A stretch of 64,000 nucleotides of DNA from Antedon mediterranea (Eukaryota; Animalia; Echinodermata). A program made the position numbers and the translations under genes. The DNA lies in assembly GCF_964355755.1 (NCBI RefSeq), contig NC_092679.1:8152201-8216200 (forward strand), read 5' to 3'. Shown here piece after piece: positions 38,382-52,306 of this stretch (position 1 is its first letter; each line of letters begins with the position of its first letter). Under the pieces are notes generated by a model. That model had not been told where the DNA came from and ran no database searches. It saw only the letters and a list, made by a program, of their open reading frames with translations.

Positions 38382-41300
38382 AATTCCGTATTGCCTCCTA
38401 TTTTCATTAATGTTCTTCGTTTTAAAATATTTTACACATAAAGAATTTGTGAGATTTTCAATTGTTTGTTTTAATTTTACAACCCGGATTATACAATGTA
38501 TTTATATAAAACGAATTAAATCAGATCAGCACCACCTGTAACTCGTCACAGTGAATTCCTTTTCTGATAATCGAGCAAATTAGAATTTATATTAACATAA
38601 TAGTATTTCTTAAAGCTACCCATTTTTCTATACTTGTTTCTTTATTGTTATATCTTTCACATTCAATGTTAAGCATATTGCTTTCCTTTTGAATGAATTC
38701 CATAAAGATTTACCCACTGGCTTATTTAATGCTGATTTATTCTATAAATAGTGAAGGCTGCAAATGTGTATATATAGGCCTAATCTACTATTCCATTGAT
38801 ATAGCTAATTAAATTACTGTATGTCAATAAATAAAAAATATTAACTTACAGTAGCATCCCACTCTCATCACCCCACAAAGTATAAAAGTGCATGCATGTT
38901 CCATATTATGTACAACGTATGAATTGATGGAACGAACAATCGAGATGAAAATAACGCATGCAATCTCCATTGCAAAATTAGGTTCCATTTAAGTATAAAT
39001 TCTAATGTTCCCGACCTCAAAAATAATTAGTGTTATAACTACGGTAACTGTATTTAGCTTCCTAGAATTTCGTCCACCCCTCCGAACATGTTTTCAACAT
39101 CGTATGAACAAACAAGGTGACCGACTTCATTGCAAAATTAGGTTCCATTGCATTATTGCGAATTTAAGGTTGTTTCCGACTTCGAAGTAATACTTACTTA
39201 GAATTTCGCTCACCACCCCATTCCCATCCAAACTTGTTTCCCACATCGTAATATGAACAAACGAGATGACGACTTTTATTGCAAAATTACGTTCAATTAT
39301 TTGCGAATTCACGTTGTGTAATTCCCAACCTTAAAATAACTGTATCATGTATTTAGCTTGCTTATAATTTCGCTCACCACATTCCCATCCAAACTGTTTC
39401 TCACATCCATATGAACATATGAGATGACAACTTCATTGCACAATTATGATCCATTATTGCGAGTTTATGTTCAAATGTTTCCGACATCAAGGTAAAAAGT
39501 ACCAGCTGAATAAAATATCTAACATATTGCAAAATTAGTCTCTATTATTGGGAATGTTTCCGACATCAAATATTGTTAATTTAATAACTTGATGAAAATG
39601 CTGAACTAATTAGGTACCATTATTTATTTATTGTGATATGCATGTTCAACTGTTACATTCTATTACGGTACGTGACATGAAAAGATTGAAAACAAAAGAG
39701 AACAAGGCAATATCTCATCTTTTAACATTTAGATAATGGAACCAAATTTTGCAATAAAGACTTCATTGCAAAATTTGGTTCCATTATCTAAATGTTTCCG
39801 ACCTTATGAGTTATTGTTTTGATGAAAAAATTTGATGAATTTCCCCTCGACTACCTTTAGGCCTACCATCCCTTATTTATTTATTATAGGTCACACACAC
39901 ATGTGTAACAAATGAGATGATGAAATTATAACGAATACCCAACTAACAATTTGCGACTTACTGTAGGTTTGCCATATAGTATTGCGAATTTATGTTTTAA
40001 TGTTTCAGACATCAAAGGAAATATAGTGTTATACTGTAGGTATAATAAGTGACAAAAATGTGATCATGTAACTAATATTTTTTAAAAACTTATAAATAAA
40101 AAACATAGGCCTAAATAACATTGGTCATATACATTTAAAAAAACGGAATTGATTAAATAGTAAGCAATGTTAAACAAAAAAATATATATAATAATCAGTA
40201 GAATAACAGGATACATTCATATTCAACGAATAATCATTTTAATTTGAAAACATAAATATAGAAATTCATAAAACCGAACAAAATAATAACGGGAATAATG
40301 TACCGACGAAAGGAACGTAAAATCAAAATTTTACTAGAAAATAATGCAGCAATAGCGTCCCATAACTCAAACACTAAACGCTTTAGCGCCAAAGGCAAAT
40401 TGTCCCAGACCATGTCCGCATAACATGCAGACGTGACTTCAGACACTTTCCTTTGGCGCTAAAACGAGTAGTCTTCTTTTCCAGCTGCTTAGAAAGAGGT
40501 CGGTAGGCTTCCCATCATGCATTTCGAGTTTTCTAGATTTTTCGATGAACAGTGCCTTTCGTTTTTTACACTAAAATAGTAAATTTTCGTCGTATGTTTC
40601 AGTTATAATGGTTTAATTTCATACAATGAGTAAAGGTTATTAGGTTAGAAATACTCCGGTTAATAATTTTCAGTTTGTGTTTATTTGGAAATAAGTAATA
40701 TCAATATTTATAACACGATTAGCTCGCCAGAAACGTGCTGCCAAATTAAGTGACCTAGCCTTGTGCGATACAGGCCACGCGAACCTCATTTGGCAATGTC
40801 ACTTCATTTGGCGTTACACGGCGCTACTGCAGTTTCGCACCACACTGTTATATCTTCGATTTCTCGCTTAATTTTTTTCTCACACCCACATCATACAATT
40901 TTGGACCATTATTTAACATGTTCCCATGATTTAGCCACCGTTAATTACCTTTATCATAACAAAAAATGCCTTTCAAAACAGCTCCTTTTTTCGCGAATAC
41001 TTCGATCGAACTGTGGCCATTTTAGAATCAGAAAATTGCCAGAAATCAATGTATGTTTTATTTTCTGTTTTTATTTTGAAACTGCAAAGAGTGGTTTTTA
41101 TAAAGAACCAGCTGTACATATCAAAAGGGCGACGATATGAGTCCGTACATAAAACATTGATAGGAACCATTAATATGAATAATAATACTAATAATGAAAT
41201 ATTAATTTAGCCTTTATTATTTCGCCAGCTGAAAACATTTCTTGCTTTTCAATCGGATTTTATAACACTGCCCTCTATAGTTTCTACAATTTTTGGGGTA

Positions 41301-42410
41301 AAATGAAGCATAAATTCTGGCAATTAAGTGATAAATATAAGATGGCGAACATTTCGCAGTGTGTTGACAGCGAGTTCAGTATTGTTTAAAATGTTTTGAA
41401 AAGTATTGTTATTAAAAAAAAATTACTTAGTAAGTGGTCGAATCGTATAAACATGTTACATATAATATTATGTTGTGAGTGTAAAAAACGAAACTTTAGG
41501 TAAGAAATCGAAGATATAATGGTGTGGTGCGAAACTGCAGTAGCGCCAATTTATACTACCATTAAATTGTTATAATTCTTAAAGACCCCTTCCCTGCAAT
41601 TTTGGACGTTTTTTGGAAAATAATACATTATATATCACTTTAAAAAGATTAAACCATGTCATTCCTTGTCTTAAATGTACGTTTTATGGTAAATTATGAT
41701 AAAAAGTGAGAAACAATGCACTACCTAACAGTAAGTAGCTCGCGGCGACTGACCTCTCGTGGACGGTCTTTAGGCCTTGCCTAGCTAGGCTTAGTTTTGT
41801 AGGCCTAGCTGGTAAACATCGTTGTATAGTTGCTGCATTAATTGTCTTTCTATTTTTGCCAGATTCCGTTGATACAAATTGGGGAAAACCCGGTATTTTC
41901 GCTGAAAAGTTAGGAGTCTTCCATTTGTTTTGGCCTCACGATCGATCGAAAAGTGGGCAAATTACAGGTGAAAAACAAAAATATCAATCCGCGCGCAATG
42001 CATTTTGGGATTTATAGCGGGCCGCTATAATTATTAGAATCGATTTATTTTTCACATTTTTAACCGTTTGAAGACGAAAAAAGTTATCGCAATAGGACCA
42101 TATAGTATTATTTTTACATTAAATATAGTTTGTGATCTTAAATTAGATCTAAAAAACGTAGGGAAGAGGGCTTTAACGTTATTCCACTAACTACAATTTG
42201 CATTTATTAGATTTGTTGTTTCCATTCCAGTTTAGTTGTATCATGGAGTCTTGGCGAAAAACAAATTCAACTGTCCGTCCGTGACACAGTTAAATACTCT
42301 CTTATTAGTACAGACGGCGTATTAATAGTTTGGCTATGAAAAAAGAAATGCTAAGGAAAAAAAAAGAAATTTAATTAAAACGTTTTTCCTTCCATTGCTT
42401 AGGTGACCTA

Positions 42411-42578
42411 AAGCTTGGTTCCCACTAGAACGTAAACGCAACGCAAGCGTTTTAACCAATGACAAGCGAAGTTATAAACAGTTAGCAATCACAAACGAAT
42501 AAGCTACCGCTTGTGATTGGTCAATTCACTTGCGTTGCGTTACGTCCTTGCATTGCGTCGCTAGTGGGAACCACGCTT
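42411..42578. mobile_element. Small Harbinger-like MITE
   Basis: AAGCTTGGTTCCCACTAG / CTAGTGGGAACCACGCTT with internal AACGCAACGCAA / TTGCGTTGCGTT. Confidence 0.75.
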
Positions 42579-42742
42579 CAGGAACAAAGAGGAATATCAG
42601 GAACTCACACATCAATACAAGCAGAATCAAGAAGAAAATTAGTGATAAAAAAAAAAAAAATTTAATAAAACTTTGTCGTGTCATTTGATTGGTTTTTAAT
42701 ACAATACAGGATTAATTCAATGTTTTATCATGAAGCTCAAGT

Positions 42743-43727
42743 CGGTCAGTCTAATTACCGAAAACAACCGAAAACAACCATAAACAACCGAAAACAGCCA
42801 CAAACAACCGAAAACGAACCGAAAACAAAATAAAATAATCTAAATACCAAAAACAAATTTGTTTTTTTAATGTCGCCCTCTATTGATGGGTGTTTCTAAA
42901 TCTAAGACCATAACAGAGACAAAACCGCGGGCGCAAAAGCCAAGGAAGACCCTACGATGGTAGTGTGCACAAAATACAACTAAAAATCGTACAATCAATC
43001 AATGTAAACATCGCATTTACTTACAGATATAAGAATATTTTAATTCCAGTCTTTCGATTTTTGATCCAGAAACCAGCGCATTACTCCTTACAATAATTCA
43101 TAATTGTGAATATGTTAATCCATAGTATAGAAAGTAAATTGACTATGGTTAATCATGATCAATTTAATTATAGATTTTCAAAGATAATACAAAAATAATA
43201 TTTTTAAAAATATTGATAATATTAGGGACTATAAAGTATACTTAAAACAAGCTCACTATAAAGGATTCACAATAAAATCTATTCAGTAAAATTACCGTAG
43301 TCGAGTAAATAACGTTTTTATCCTTAATCGCTTCAGTATTCACTTAAGTGACGAAAACCGGGGACGAAAACGCAAAGTTAGGTAAAATCATGCTTTGTTT
43401 TTGAAAAGACTATAAAAACGAAATATGTTTATAGATTTTGTAAGTAAATGTAGTCTACGGTGTATTTCATTGAATTTGTACGATTTTGAGTTGTATTTTG
43501 TGCACACTACCATTTCGTAGGGTCTTCCATGGCTTTTGCGCCTCTGTATGGTCTTAGCTTTAGAAACACCCATCAATAGAGGGCGACATTAAAAAAAATA
43601 TTTTACAAAATTTGTTTTCGGTATTTAGATTTTTAAAATTTTGTTTTCGGTATGTTTTTGGTTTGTTTTCGGTTGTTTGTTGTTGTTTTCGGTTATTTTC
43701 GGTTGGTTCGGTTAATTAGACTGACCC
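42743..43727. mobile_element. Foldback MULE-like MITE (family A), intact
   Basis: AGCTCAAGT|CGGTCAGTCTAATT ... AATTAGACTGACCC|AGCTCAAGT (9-bp TSD); ~250-bp inverted arms with (AAACAACCGA)n repeats. Confidence 0.92.
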
Positions 43728-45779
43728 AGCTCAAGTGTCTTAAGAACACATGTGCATAAATAAAACGAACATATCAGACCCAACATAAAAATAATAATTG
43801 AGTAATTTGCGGCGATATGCATTTAACATATTTTAGCATGCACAGAATAAATGAACATATCATATCATGTCAGAATATACAAACAAAATGAGTAATAATT
43901 CGGATAAAAATGGGACTAAGGATAACATTTGTTGCGTTCAATGCGAACGTCAGAGGAAGTCCCCAAACTAATTACTAGGCTTATTATCAATTAATAATTG
44001 CTGCTATAAATATATTGAGCAAAACGTTGAATTGTATTATTTTTCAATAAATGCTAAGTAAGTCAGTACAACAACAATTTAAAAAATTCATTTTCATTTA
44101 TTCACTAAAATGTACGTTGCTTTACTCCAGAAAAGAAAATATGAAAGAAATTTGCAGAAAGAAGCAATCAAACACTGTTACAGTATTTCAAAGTTCGGAA
44201 CGTCCGTAATTACTACGGAAATTCGGCCCAATATTACGGACGTAGGGCCGGAAATGAAGATATATAGGGTACTACGGAAATACTTAAATGATGGGGAATC
44301 CCCGGCAAAATGCAATGACTACGGACAAATCAACGACCTATATGACGGGGTTTTCCACGTACCTTCTCATGACGCACACAGTCAGAAATTCATTCTGAGC
44401 CTGTTCAGAAAAATATCTAAAAAATAAATTCTTCAATGCCTTAGCATAATTCCTCTTGAGTAGTGGTGTTTTACTAATATTTCAAGTTCATTTTATTAGG
44501 TAAAATTTTACACGCAAAAACAAACGCACGCATTTCTATTAACATTTATTTACCAGTGTTTCATTTACATCTTACAACATTCTAATTCTTAATAATTATA
44601 TACTTTCCTCAATTGTTTCTTCCGATAAAATAAATCGTATTCTTAAACCACTTTATTCTTCCGTTTCTTATTCCTTCAAAGTTATATTTATTGTACCTCG
44701 ACACATTAAAATTAGTATATATCCCTACGTACTTCAATTCGTTTTATATTTATAGAAAAATGTACATGACGTTAATAATTCTTTACCGAAACATTTAATT
44801 ATCACTTTAGTAAATCTTTGTTTCTTATATTATAAATCATTTCTATTGTACCCTGACGCATACAATTAGTATCACTTAGGCCTCATTCAATTCATTTCTT
44901 TTATTTGTAAAAACTATACATTTTAATTTTCACCGTATTGTATTTTTTGTACTCTGAAATATCGGTATCTACATAATTCTTCATTTCTTATCTCATCATG
45001 CCACCTAGCTACAAAATACGTGTTCGTATTTTATTTTCATTATTAATTAATTAATTGCCAAGTTTGTCTGTGTCCGTGTTTTCCTGTGTAAAAACAAAAA
45101 ACAAAAGTAATAAAACACAATGAAATCGATAATCCTGTATTACATTGTCGTGTCTCATTGTTCCTCTATCAATGGCACTATGGGTGTTCCATAGATATGG
45201 TAGTAATTATTGTCTGTGGCCGAAATTGTCTGTGGCCGAAATTGTCTGTGGCCGAAATTGTCTGTGGCCGAAATTGTCTGTGGCCGAAGTTGATCCCTAG
45301 CTAGGCCTATAGCTAGGCTACTACTAGGCCTAGGCTAACTAGCCTATATAGTCCCCTGGCCTAGCTAGAGAGAGGCCTAGACTAGGAGGCCTAGAGCGGG
45401 ATGATCTGTTCGGCCCTAAACCGATTCGGACCGGGTCGATTATTTATCGGCTTTGATATGCATTTTATAAGCATAAATAAGCTTTTTTTCCCCAAACTTT
45501 ACTTTCAGAGAGACTAGCCTAGTTAGGCCTAGGCCTAGCTAGTAGGCCCTATTATTAGTATTACTATTAGTATAATATTATGGGATAGGCCTAGGCCCTA
45601 GGCTAGGCTACCCTATTATTAATAAATCATATTATAGGCCTAACCTAGGGATTAAAGATGCAATAAACAAACATTTTGAAAACATTGGCGAAAATTATGA
45701 ATGAAGAATTATTTGTTTTTTTATTTGTTAGGTTTAGTATAGAAAAAAAATGTCCCTTTAATAGGGTAATTATAATATA

Positions 45780-46740
45780 TGGGCAATTCTCCATTGGAAG
45801 ACCAAAATCATCATTTTTTAAATCTACATGAACTTACACTTAAGTGTTATTTTTTGTTTACTAATATGTGTGGAATTTAGTTCCAACTGAAATTTTTGTT
45901 TTATTAATTTACATTTCTTCAAAAATTGCTTTGAAACTGAAAAAATAGCTGGAATTAGACAATCCTGAACTATGTACTTAACTCCCTTTAATTATTCTAC
46001 TAATTATTTGAGTTCATGGTCTCTAGAACACTAATATTAATATAAAGTTTCATGTCGCATCTCCCACTTTCTATAAGAAATCATTCATTTTCTAGTAAAT
46101 TGGTTTGTACTGTAATTCCATTCCGTTACCAAAAAATTGATTAAAGTTCTCCTGTGAGCTAACCAATGCTTATAAACTTTAGTTACTTTAAATTCTCTTA
46201 TTGGGTATGCCCATTTACCTATATCAATTACACATTTTGTTTGGTCTTCTCTAGTTTTGTAGAAAACTTGGTAACGGAATTACATTTGGTAACGGAATTA
46301 CATGGGGGTATAGGTATAAAATAATGTATCTCAATTCACTATAAATGTCTCTGTAATCATATAAAATTGGTTTTAAGTGAAGGGAATCAACAATTAATTG
46401 ATTATTTATAATAAATCCAATTCCTAGTGGCCAAAACAGTTCCATGGAGTCACTTATAGTAGAAATTTACTATTTTTTACACAAAATCACTTAAAACGTT
46501 TATAAAACATCTTCCTATGAGCTAACCAATGCTTATAAAAACTTAAATTACTTTACACTATTTCTAATACTAGGTATGCTCAAACCAATATCATTATCAG
46601 TAACCAGTTATGTCTCCTAGAGCTCTAGTTTTTTAAAAAGCCTGGGTAACATAATTAAATTTTGGTATAACATTTGGTACATGGTAACGGAATTACATTG
46701 GGTTATGTATAAAGTAATATACCTTAATTCACTACATATG
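45780..46740. repeat. Repeat remnant with GGTAACGGAATTAC motifs, probably a TIR-element arm
   Basis: Motif at ~46270, 46288, 46683 and inverted at ~46112; 46150-46330 resembles 46515-46735; the inverted motif reappears at 63929-63965. Confidence 0.45.
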
Positions 46741-46745
46741 TCTTA

Positions 46746-49700
46746 TAGCAGGGTAACTTAGCACTTTTTTTGTGCACTTTGTGACAAAAGCACCAAATTT
46801 GGCACAAACCTTCTTTAGGGTATATCTAACAATCCTAGAAGGGGTGCCCAAAAATCGGAACAATTTAACGACGTCATTTGGACCACGCCCTTTTTTTAGT
46901 ATTACGTAATAAGATGAAAACTTAAATCTTCGTATATACATACCAAGTTTGGTATCAAATTAAAACTCATGACATGTACATTGCAATACACACATAAAAA
47001 ATATATGATTTCTCTTCAGACGGAATATATAGGTCAAATAATGTAATTTTCTGTCATATTGAAGGGTATTTCAATCAAAACGTGCCAATATTGTGCTATG
47101 TTATGAACATTGTAGTTATAAGAACAACAACATTCATTTTTGTAATAGTACGAATATATATTTATCCTGTACCAGTTACTTTCCTTTAAAATAATATTAG
47201 GAACCACTGAAAAAAAGTATATAAAACATATACTGTATCAAACTTGGGCTCAATAACCACTGGACTATTAGTAAACCGACAAAAGACTATTTGACTGACA
47301 ATTATGGCGTTAGCATCCATAACAATACATGGAGGTGATAATCAACTTTACTTTTATGAAATTATTTATCTGGAAACAAACACTTAGGTACAGAGTTGCT
47401 AGATGACGAACAAGTTCCAGTGCACTGCTGAACAGCACTTGCAGTTCCCTGAGCAAAAAGGCAACTTTTTGCAGCCACACTTTAGCAATTCCCTACATGC
47501 CTTGGATGCTTCAGGTAGTATGGTCCAGACTGGTGTCCATGTACTGCCAGTTTTAGTCCAACCAAAGTCTTCTGGTGATGGAGCATTCTGCTGTGGCTGT
47601 AGACTGGTGGTCCAAATGCTTGCTTGGTATATGGATCTGTTGGAATGCTGTAAAAGTGCATCCTGCAATAAACAATTTAAAGATTGGTGTTACCTTTTAA
47701 TGAAAGAAAAACATGAACCTGATAATAAATTATTAAACGACAATTGACAATTATATGGAAGCTCCCCTTACCTGTGTAGGAGGAATGTTGTCCATTGTCC
47801 GTGCCTTTCTTGAAAAAAGATCTTGTCTTAGCTTAGTAACACTTCTTAAAGTACTTGTCTTGTCGTATAGATGACATGTAAACTCCTCTAGCAACTGGAA
47901 TTGAGATGAGTTGACTCCTAGAGATTTGAAAGGGTGATGTGCCATGAAAAGAAAGGCTTCTGTAACTGCTGGAAATGAGTTCCACGTCTCCCATGCGGAG
48001 TGTTTTGCTTTTCCAAAGAACTGGGATGTAGTATCGGACCCAGTAAATGCATGAAATACTGGCAGCCCTCTTGACTTATCCTCTCCTAGGTTATGGCAGA
48101 TGGTATTTATATTAAAATATTGGAAGTGCTTACCCATGCCAAATGCGACCCAGATACACGTACCAGGATAACAGGCTATTAGATTGCAGAAAATACCAAC
48201 CAGGATAACAATGACATCAGTATCAACTGTACGCACCAAAATAGCCCTGCTACCTTTCTTTAAGGCATCATCAATGTGAATGCACATCTTGGAGTCGGCC
48301 TCTTCATGGTCGCAGATTGACATAGGTTGAGTAGATGTCAACATACAAAAGACTCGCCTACAGGACATATATCAAGAATTACTTACTATTTAATATGCCT
48401 TTTTAATTAATTATTGGTATGAAACTGTATAAGTAAATTAATTGTTTGGTTACAAACAAAACAAATTAGTATGTATCATAATAAAACTTACCTGATGCAG
48501 TCAGAGTAATCATGGGTAGACACCTTTGTAGTTAAAAAGTTAAATAACTCCTCTTTATTTACTGGATCTTTCAGAAAGTCTGGAAAATTCCCTGGAATCT
48601 TTGTTTGTCCCCCAACTTTCCTCCTGACCCCTTTTCCTCTTTTTTCTCCTGTAGACTGCTTAAGACTATCTGTTCTGTAAGTGTCCCACACTATATCAAT
48701 TCTGTTACTATTCTGCAGCTGCTGTCTGGTCCACGGTAGAAAGACCTGTCATACAAATGATACAAGAATAACGATCCGCATATAGAAGTGACCAATTATA
48801 TGGTGGTTAAACAATAGATACAATCCTGAATGCAAAGAAATGTACTCACCTTATCACCGTAGTCATCAAATGTAAATGCATGGTTGCTGGAAAGAGCATG
48901 GACAATAGCAGCTCCGTCAAACACCTTTACATCAAAATATGTAGGAGGTTCAGGCTGGCCTTCAGTCTCCAAATGCTGTAGCAACTCAGACTTCTTAGTT
49001 GGTAGTCGAAGCTTTCCATTTACTGCCAAAGAGGGTGGCCATGGCTGGTTTTCGTGCATGAAGAAGTCTTCCAAATCTCCATCACGAGATTGACTTGCAA
49101 TATACAGTCGCTTTGTTTTGGACACTGATTTTGACCATGGTGTTTGATGGCTTGTTGAATAATTGCAACACTTCTGTCGAGAATAACTTCCTTGAAATAT
49201 TTTTGGTACTGGGTAGTACCTACATCCTGAATTGTACGAACTGTCACTACTGCACTTTCATTGGCACAATCTCGAGCATCCAAGACCAGAAGTTCTGAAC
49301 AATTATCGAGGAATTGGTTGCCTGCATTGCTCAGGGAACTGCAAGTACCGTTCAGCAGGTCTTTCTTGCACTGGTCTTTGTTATCCATGCCGTGGAACCT
49401 GTTCGTCATCTAGCAACTCTGTACCATTATAAGTGTTAGTTTCCAGATAAATAATTTCATAAAAGTAAAGTTGATAATCACCTCCATGTATTGCTATGGA
49501 TGCTAACGCCATAATTGTCAGTCAAATGGTCTTTTGTCTGTTTACTTAGTCCAGTGATTAATGAGCCAAGTTTGATACAGTATATGTTTTATATACTTTT
49601 TTTCAGTGGTTCCTAATATTATGTTAAAGGAAAGTAACTGATACAGGATAAATATATATTAGTAGTTGTATTACAAAAATGAATGTTGTTGTTCTTATAA

Positions 49701-50080
49701 CTACAATGTTCATAACATAGCCCAATATTGGCGCGTTTTGATTGAAATCCCTTTCAATATGACAGAAAATGACATTATTTGACCTATATATTCCGTCTGA
49801 AGAGAAATCATATGTTTTTTATGTGTGTATTGCAATGTACATGTCATGAGTTTTAATTTGATACCAAACTTGGTATGTATATACGAAGATTTAAGTTTTC
49901 ACCTAATTACGTAATACTAAAAAAAGGGCGTGGTCCAAATGACGTCGTTAAATTGTTCCGATTTTTGGGCACCCCTTCTAGAATTGTTAGATATACCCTA
50001 AAGAAGGTTTGTGCCAAATTTGGTGCTTTTGTCACAAAATGCACAATCTTCATAAAAAATGGAAGTTAGCAACCCTGCTA
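46746..50080 (-). mobile_element. Academ DNA transposon, internally deleted, with ~630-bp TIRs
   Basis: TAGCAGGGT ... ACCCTGCTA termini; 46746-47380 is the reverse complement of ~49440-50080; transposase fragments inside; no TSD seen. Confidence 0.88.
47390..49420 (-). pseudogene. Academ transposase C-terminal part, intron-containing, frameshifted
   Basis: FFMHENQPWPPSLA, VFDGAAIVH, VWDTY..SLK, CDHEEADSKM, RTVDTDV, FHAFTGSDTTS, LLQH..R..YQASIW, ELLKCGCK; probable introns ~48748-48849, ~48358-48491 and ~47667-47771. Confidence 0.82.
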
Positions 50081-50305
50081 AATGAAGCTAATCAGCAATT
50101 AATTAATAAATAATGAATCCAATTCCAAAACAAATCCATAGTATATAGAGTATACGGTAGATACTATTGTAGCAGACCTACCACATAGCTTTTAAACAAT
50201 TCAACAATTACTTTTAATTTGATTATTTATACATCCTCTATATATCTCTTTATTTAACCTCACATTGACAGGTTAATTACCTTCCTCTTACCTTCACTTT
50301 TCTAG

Positions 50306-51911
50306 GGGTCTGTTTCTGCTGCATAACGCAATTTAACCGGTTATTTTAAAATAGATTAAAAATAGATAACAATAACAAGACCGCGTTTCTGCTCAATTTG
50401 TGCTCCGAAATAACCGGTTAAATCTATGGGTGGTCGTCGAGCAAAACGTCATCATTACCCAAAATGCAATACACTCAGACGGAAGTAGTAAGTTGGCTGT
50501 TTGTTTACATCGATGTCGTCAGTACACACGTGTGTATATCGCCGAACATCTCAAACATGTTAAAATAATAAAATGTTGTCTACAGGTCTACAAGTTTTGT
50601 TTTTTGTAAAGCCTACTTACTATATCGCTAATAAAATTAATTCTCATGGCGCCTTCAATAACATGGGGAGGGTCGTGCAGCGCCCGATCGCCTAGGATAA
50701 TTTTTATCTAGCCTGAAATTCCTCAACAAAGGCGATATGATGATACGGCCCTTCCCACGTGAACGACTGTTGTCTTTCGCGAGCGCGGTCCTACAAAAAA
50801 ACAAACGGAAACAAAAACGAGACTTAGAATGTTGCAATACCTACCAAACGAGAGTAGATAATTGTTAATTAATTATGAAACCCTAACTTTTATAGCAAAA
50901 ATCGTCCGAATTTATGTTAAAAACGACGAGTTTAGCCACAAAAACTTAAATCAAACGAGAGTATCCGAGTCATAGAATATCGCACGCACATAGTGCCTTT
51001 AATAGAATAATGAGTATTAAACATTGTTTCGTATATTTATGTACTAACATAAATAATAACACATTTCTATGCTTAATAAAATCATATTTAATATATTATC
51101 AAAGGCTCTCATAACCTTTGTTTTCGGTCGATGTGATGTTTTTCTAAAAAAATTATATAAAACGATCAAATTAAGATTGTTCATTGTTCTCCTATTAAAG
51201 GCACTAAGGGCGTGCCATAAATACGCTCGTTTGGATTAAGTTTTTGTTGCTAAATTCATCGTTTATAACATAAATTCGGATGATTTTTGCTATAAAATTT
51301 GGGTTTTCATAATTAATTAACCATTATCTACTATCGTTTGATAGGTATTTGCAACATTCTGAGTCCCTTTTGTTTCCGTTTTGGTGTTTATATAGGACCA
51401 TCCATACCCTTCACGAACGTGTACTCTAACGCCTCAAATTGCTTGCTTGGGTAGTCCCCGGAACTCCACCCCAAATTCCTCTTTTACTTTTGCAAAAATG
51501 CTCTTATTTATTATCTGTGATTCTTTTCTATTGCCTGCCATCCTTCCCCGTACTTTCTCTCCCCCCACAACTGAATAACATATCTTGTGATTTCATTCAT
51601 CCACATACATGTTCACTTCTTCGTTCGACTGTCAAAACCACGAGGAAAACACACCGTATGCGACGGTATCTGACCCGGGGTCACAACTGTCAATCAAATA
51701 ACCGTTATTTTGTGTTGCAGCTAAGAATTGCTCAGCGATAACCGGTTTAAATTGGTGTTTTTAACCGGTTATTTTGCGCTGCCTTTTAACCAGTTACCAC
51801 AAATTTGTCCTGTTTCTGCTGCCAAGAAAATGGAGTTAATTTATTCACACCGATTTTAATTTATTCACACCGATTTTAACCGGTTATTTTTTATGCAGCA
51901 GAAACAGGCCC
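50306..51911. mobile_element. Harbinger-like MITE in the Gypsy 5' LTR
   Basis: GGGTCTGTTTCTGCTGCATAA / TTATGCAGCAGAAACAGGCCC; repeated TTAACCGGTTA motifs; absent from the 3' LTR. Confidence 0.82.
50787..51399. mobile_element. Family D foldback MITE nested in the Harbinger-like MITE
   Basis: GGTCCTA ... TAGGACC ends; 50825-50960 is the reverse complement of ~51225-51362. Confidence 0.75.
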
Positions 51912-52211
51912 AATGGATTTTAAGAATGTTAATGACTCTAACAGAAAACCACATAATTCCCTTAATCCTAATTGGTCAGATGAGATGGGCCAAGCCCAAT
52001 ACAGTATTACCATGCACTGACCACATTATTAACACACTCTTTTCTCAACTAGTCATGTAGACACCATTTTATTACTCTGTCAAACATTGTATATTGTATA
52101 TTTTATCTATTTATTGAGAATCCTCACTTGATTCGTTTGGAATCAATGGCATACTTACTTTATACATTTAGTAGTTGTTTTATTTTACCGTTGCGCCAAC
52201 AATTACTAAAG

Positions 52212-52228
52212 TGGTGACCCCGACGTGA
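52212..52228 (+). other. Primer-binding site complementary to the tRNA-Trp 3' end
   Basis: TGGTGACCCCGACGTGA one base after the 5' LTR. Confidence 0.8.
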
Positions 52229-52306
52229 GAAGCATGGAACTGTAAGTGTCATTCATCCATACTAAAGTAGTGACTCTTGACTTTGTTATACCGAATTTAA
52301 CTCAAA

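Larger units (their letters stand above)
37102..40818. mobile_element. Non-autonomous TGT...ACA TIR element (Ginger-like) with 5-bp TSD
   Basis: CGGCG|TGTCACGCCAAATGAGG ... CTTCATTTGGCGTTACA|CGGCG; many subterminal GCCAAATGAGGT / TTGCAAAATTAGGTTCC repeats, including diverged tandem units at 38950-39800. Confidence 0.75.
37098..41547. mobile_element. MULE-like MITE (~730 bp, body 40820-41547) whose first 4 bp are displaced by a nested insertion
   Basis: TIR GGCGCTACTGCAGTTTCGCACCAC / GTGGTGCGAAACTGCAGTAGCGCC; 9-bp TSD AATTTATAC at 37089-37097 and 41548-41556. Confidence 0.85.
36939..45296. mobile_element. Large TIR element (MULE- or Merlin-like) with 17-bp subterminal repeats, enlarged by nested insertions
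   Basis: Left TTTCGGCCACAGACAGTTTCGGCCACA; right five copies of (AAT)TGTCTGTGGCCGAA; GG...CC termini flanked by CTAGCTAG on both sides (low-complexity context weakens this TSD). Confidence 0.65.

Noticed and set aside
37098-41547. Composite transposon using ends of two families
   Set aside because: Explained more simply by a nested insertion with its own CGGCG TSD.
44110-44427. 105-aa ORF as a gene
   Set aside because: No recognisable domain; at most a fragment of transposase tail inside the 36939-45296 element, which cannot be supported by eye.
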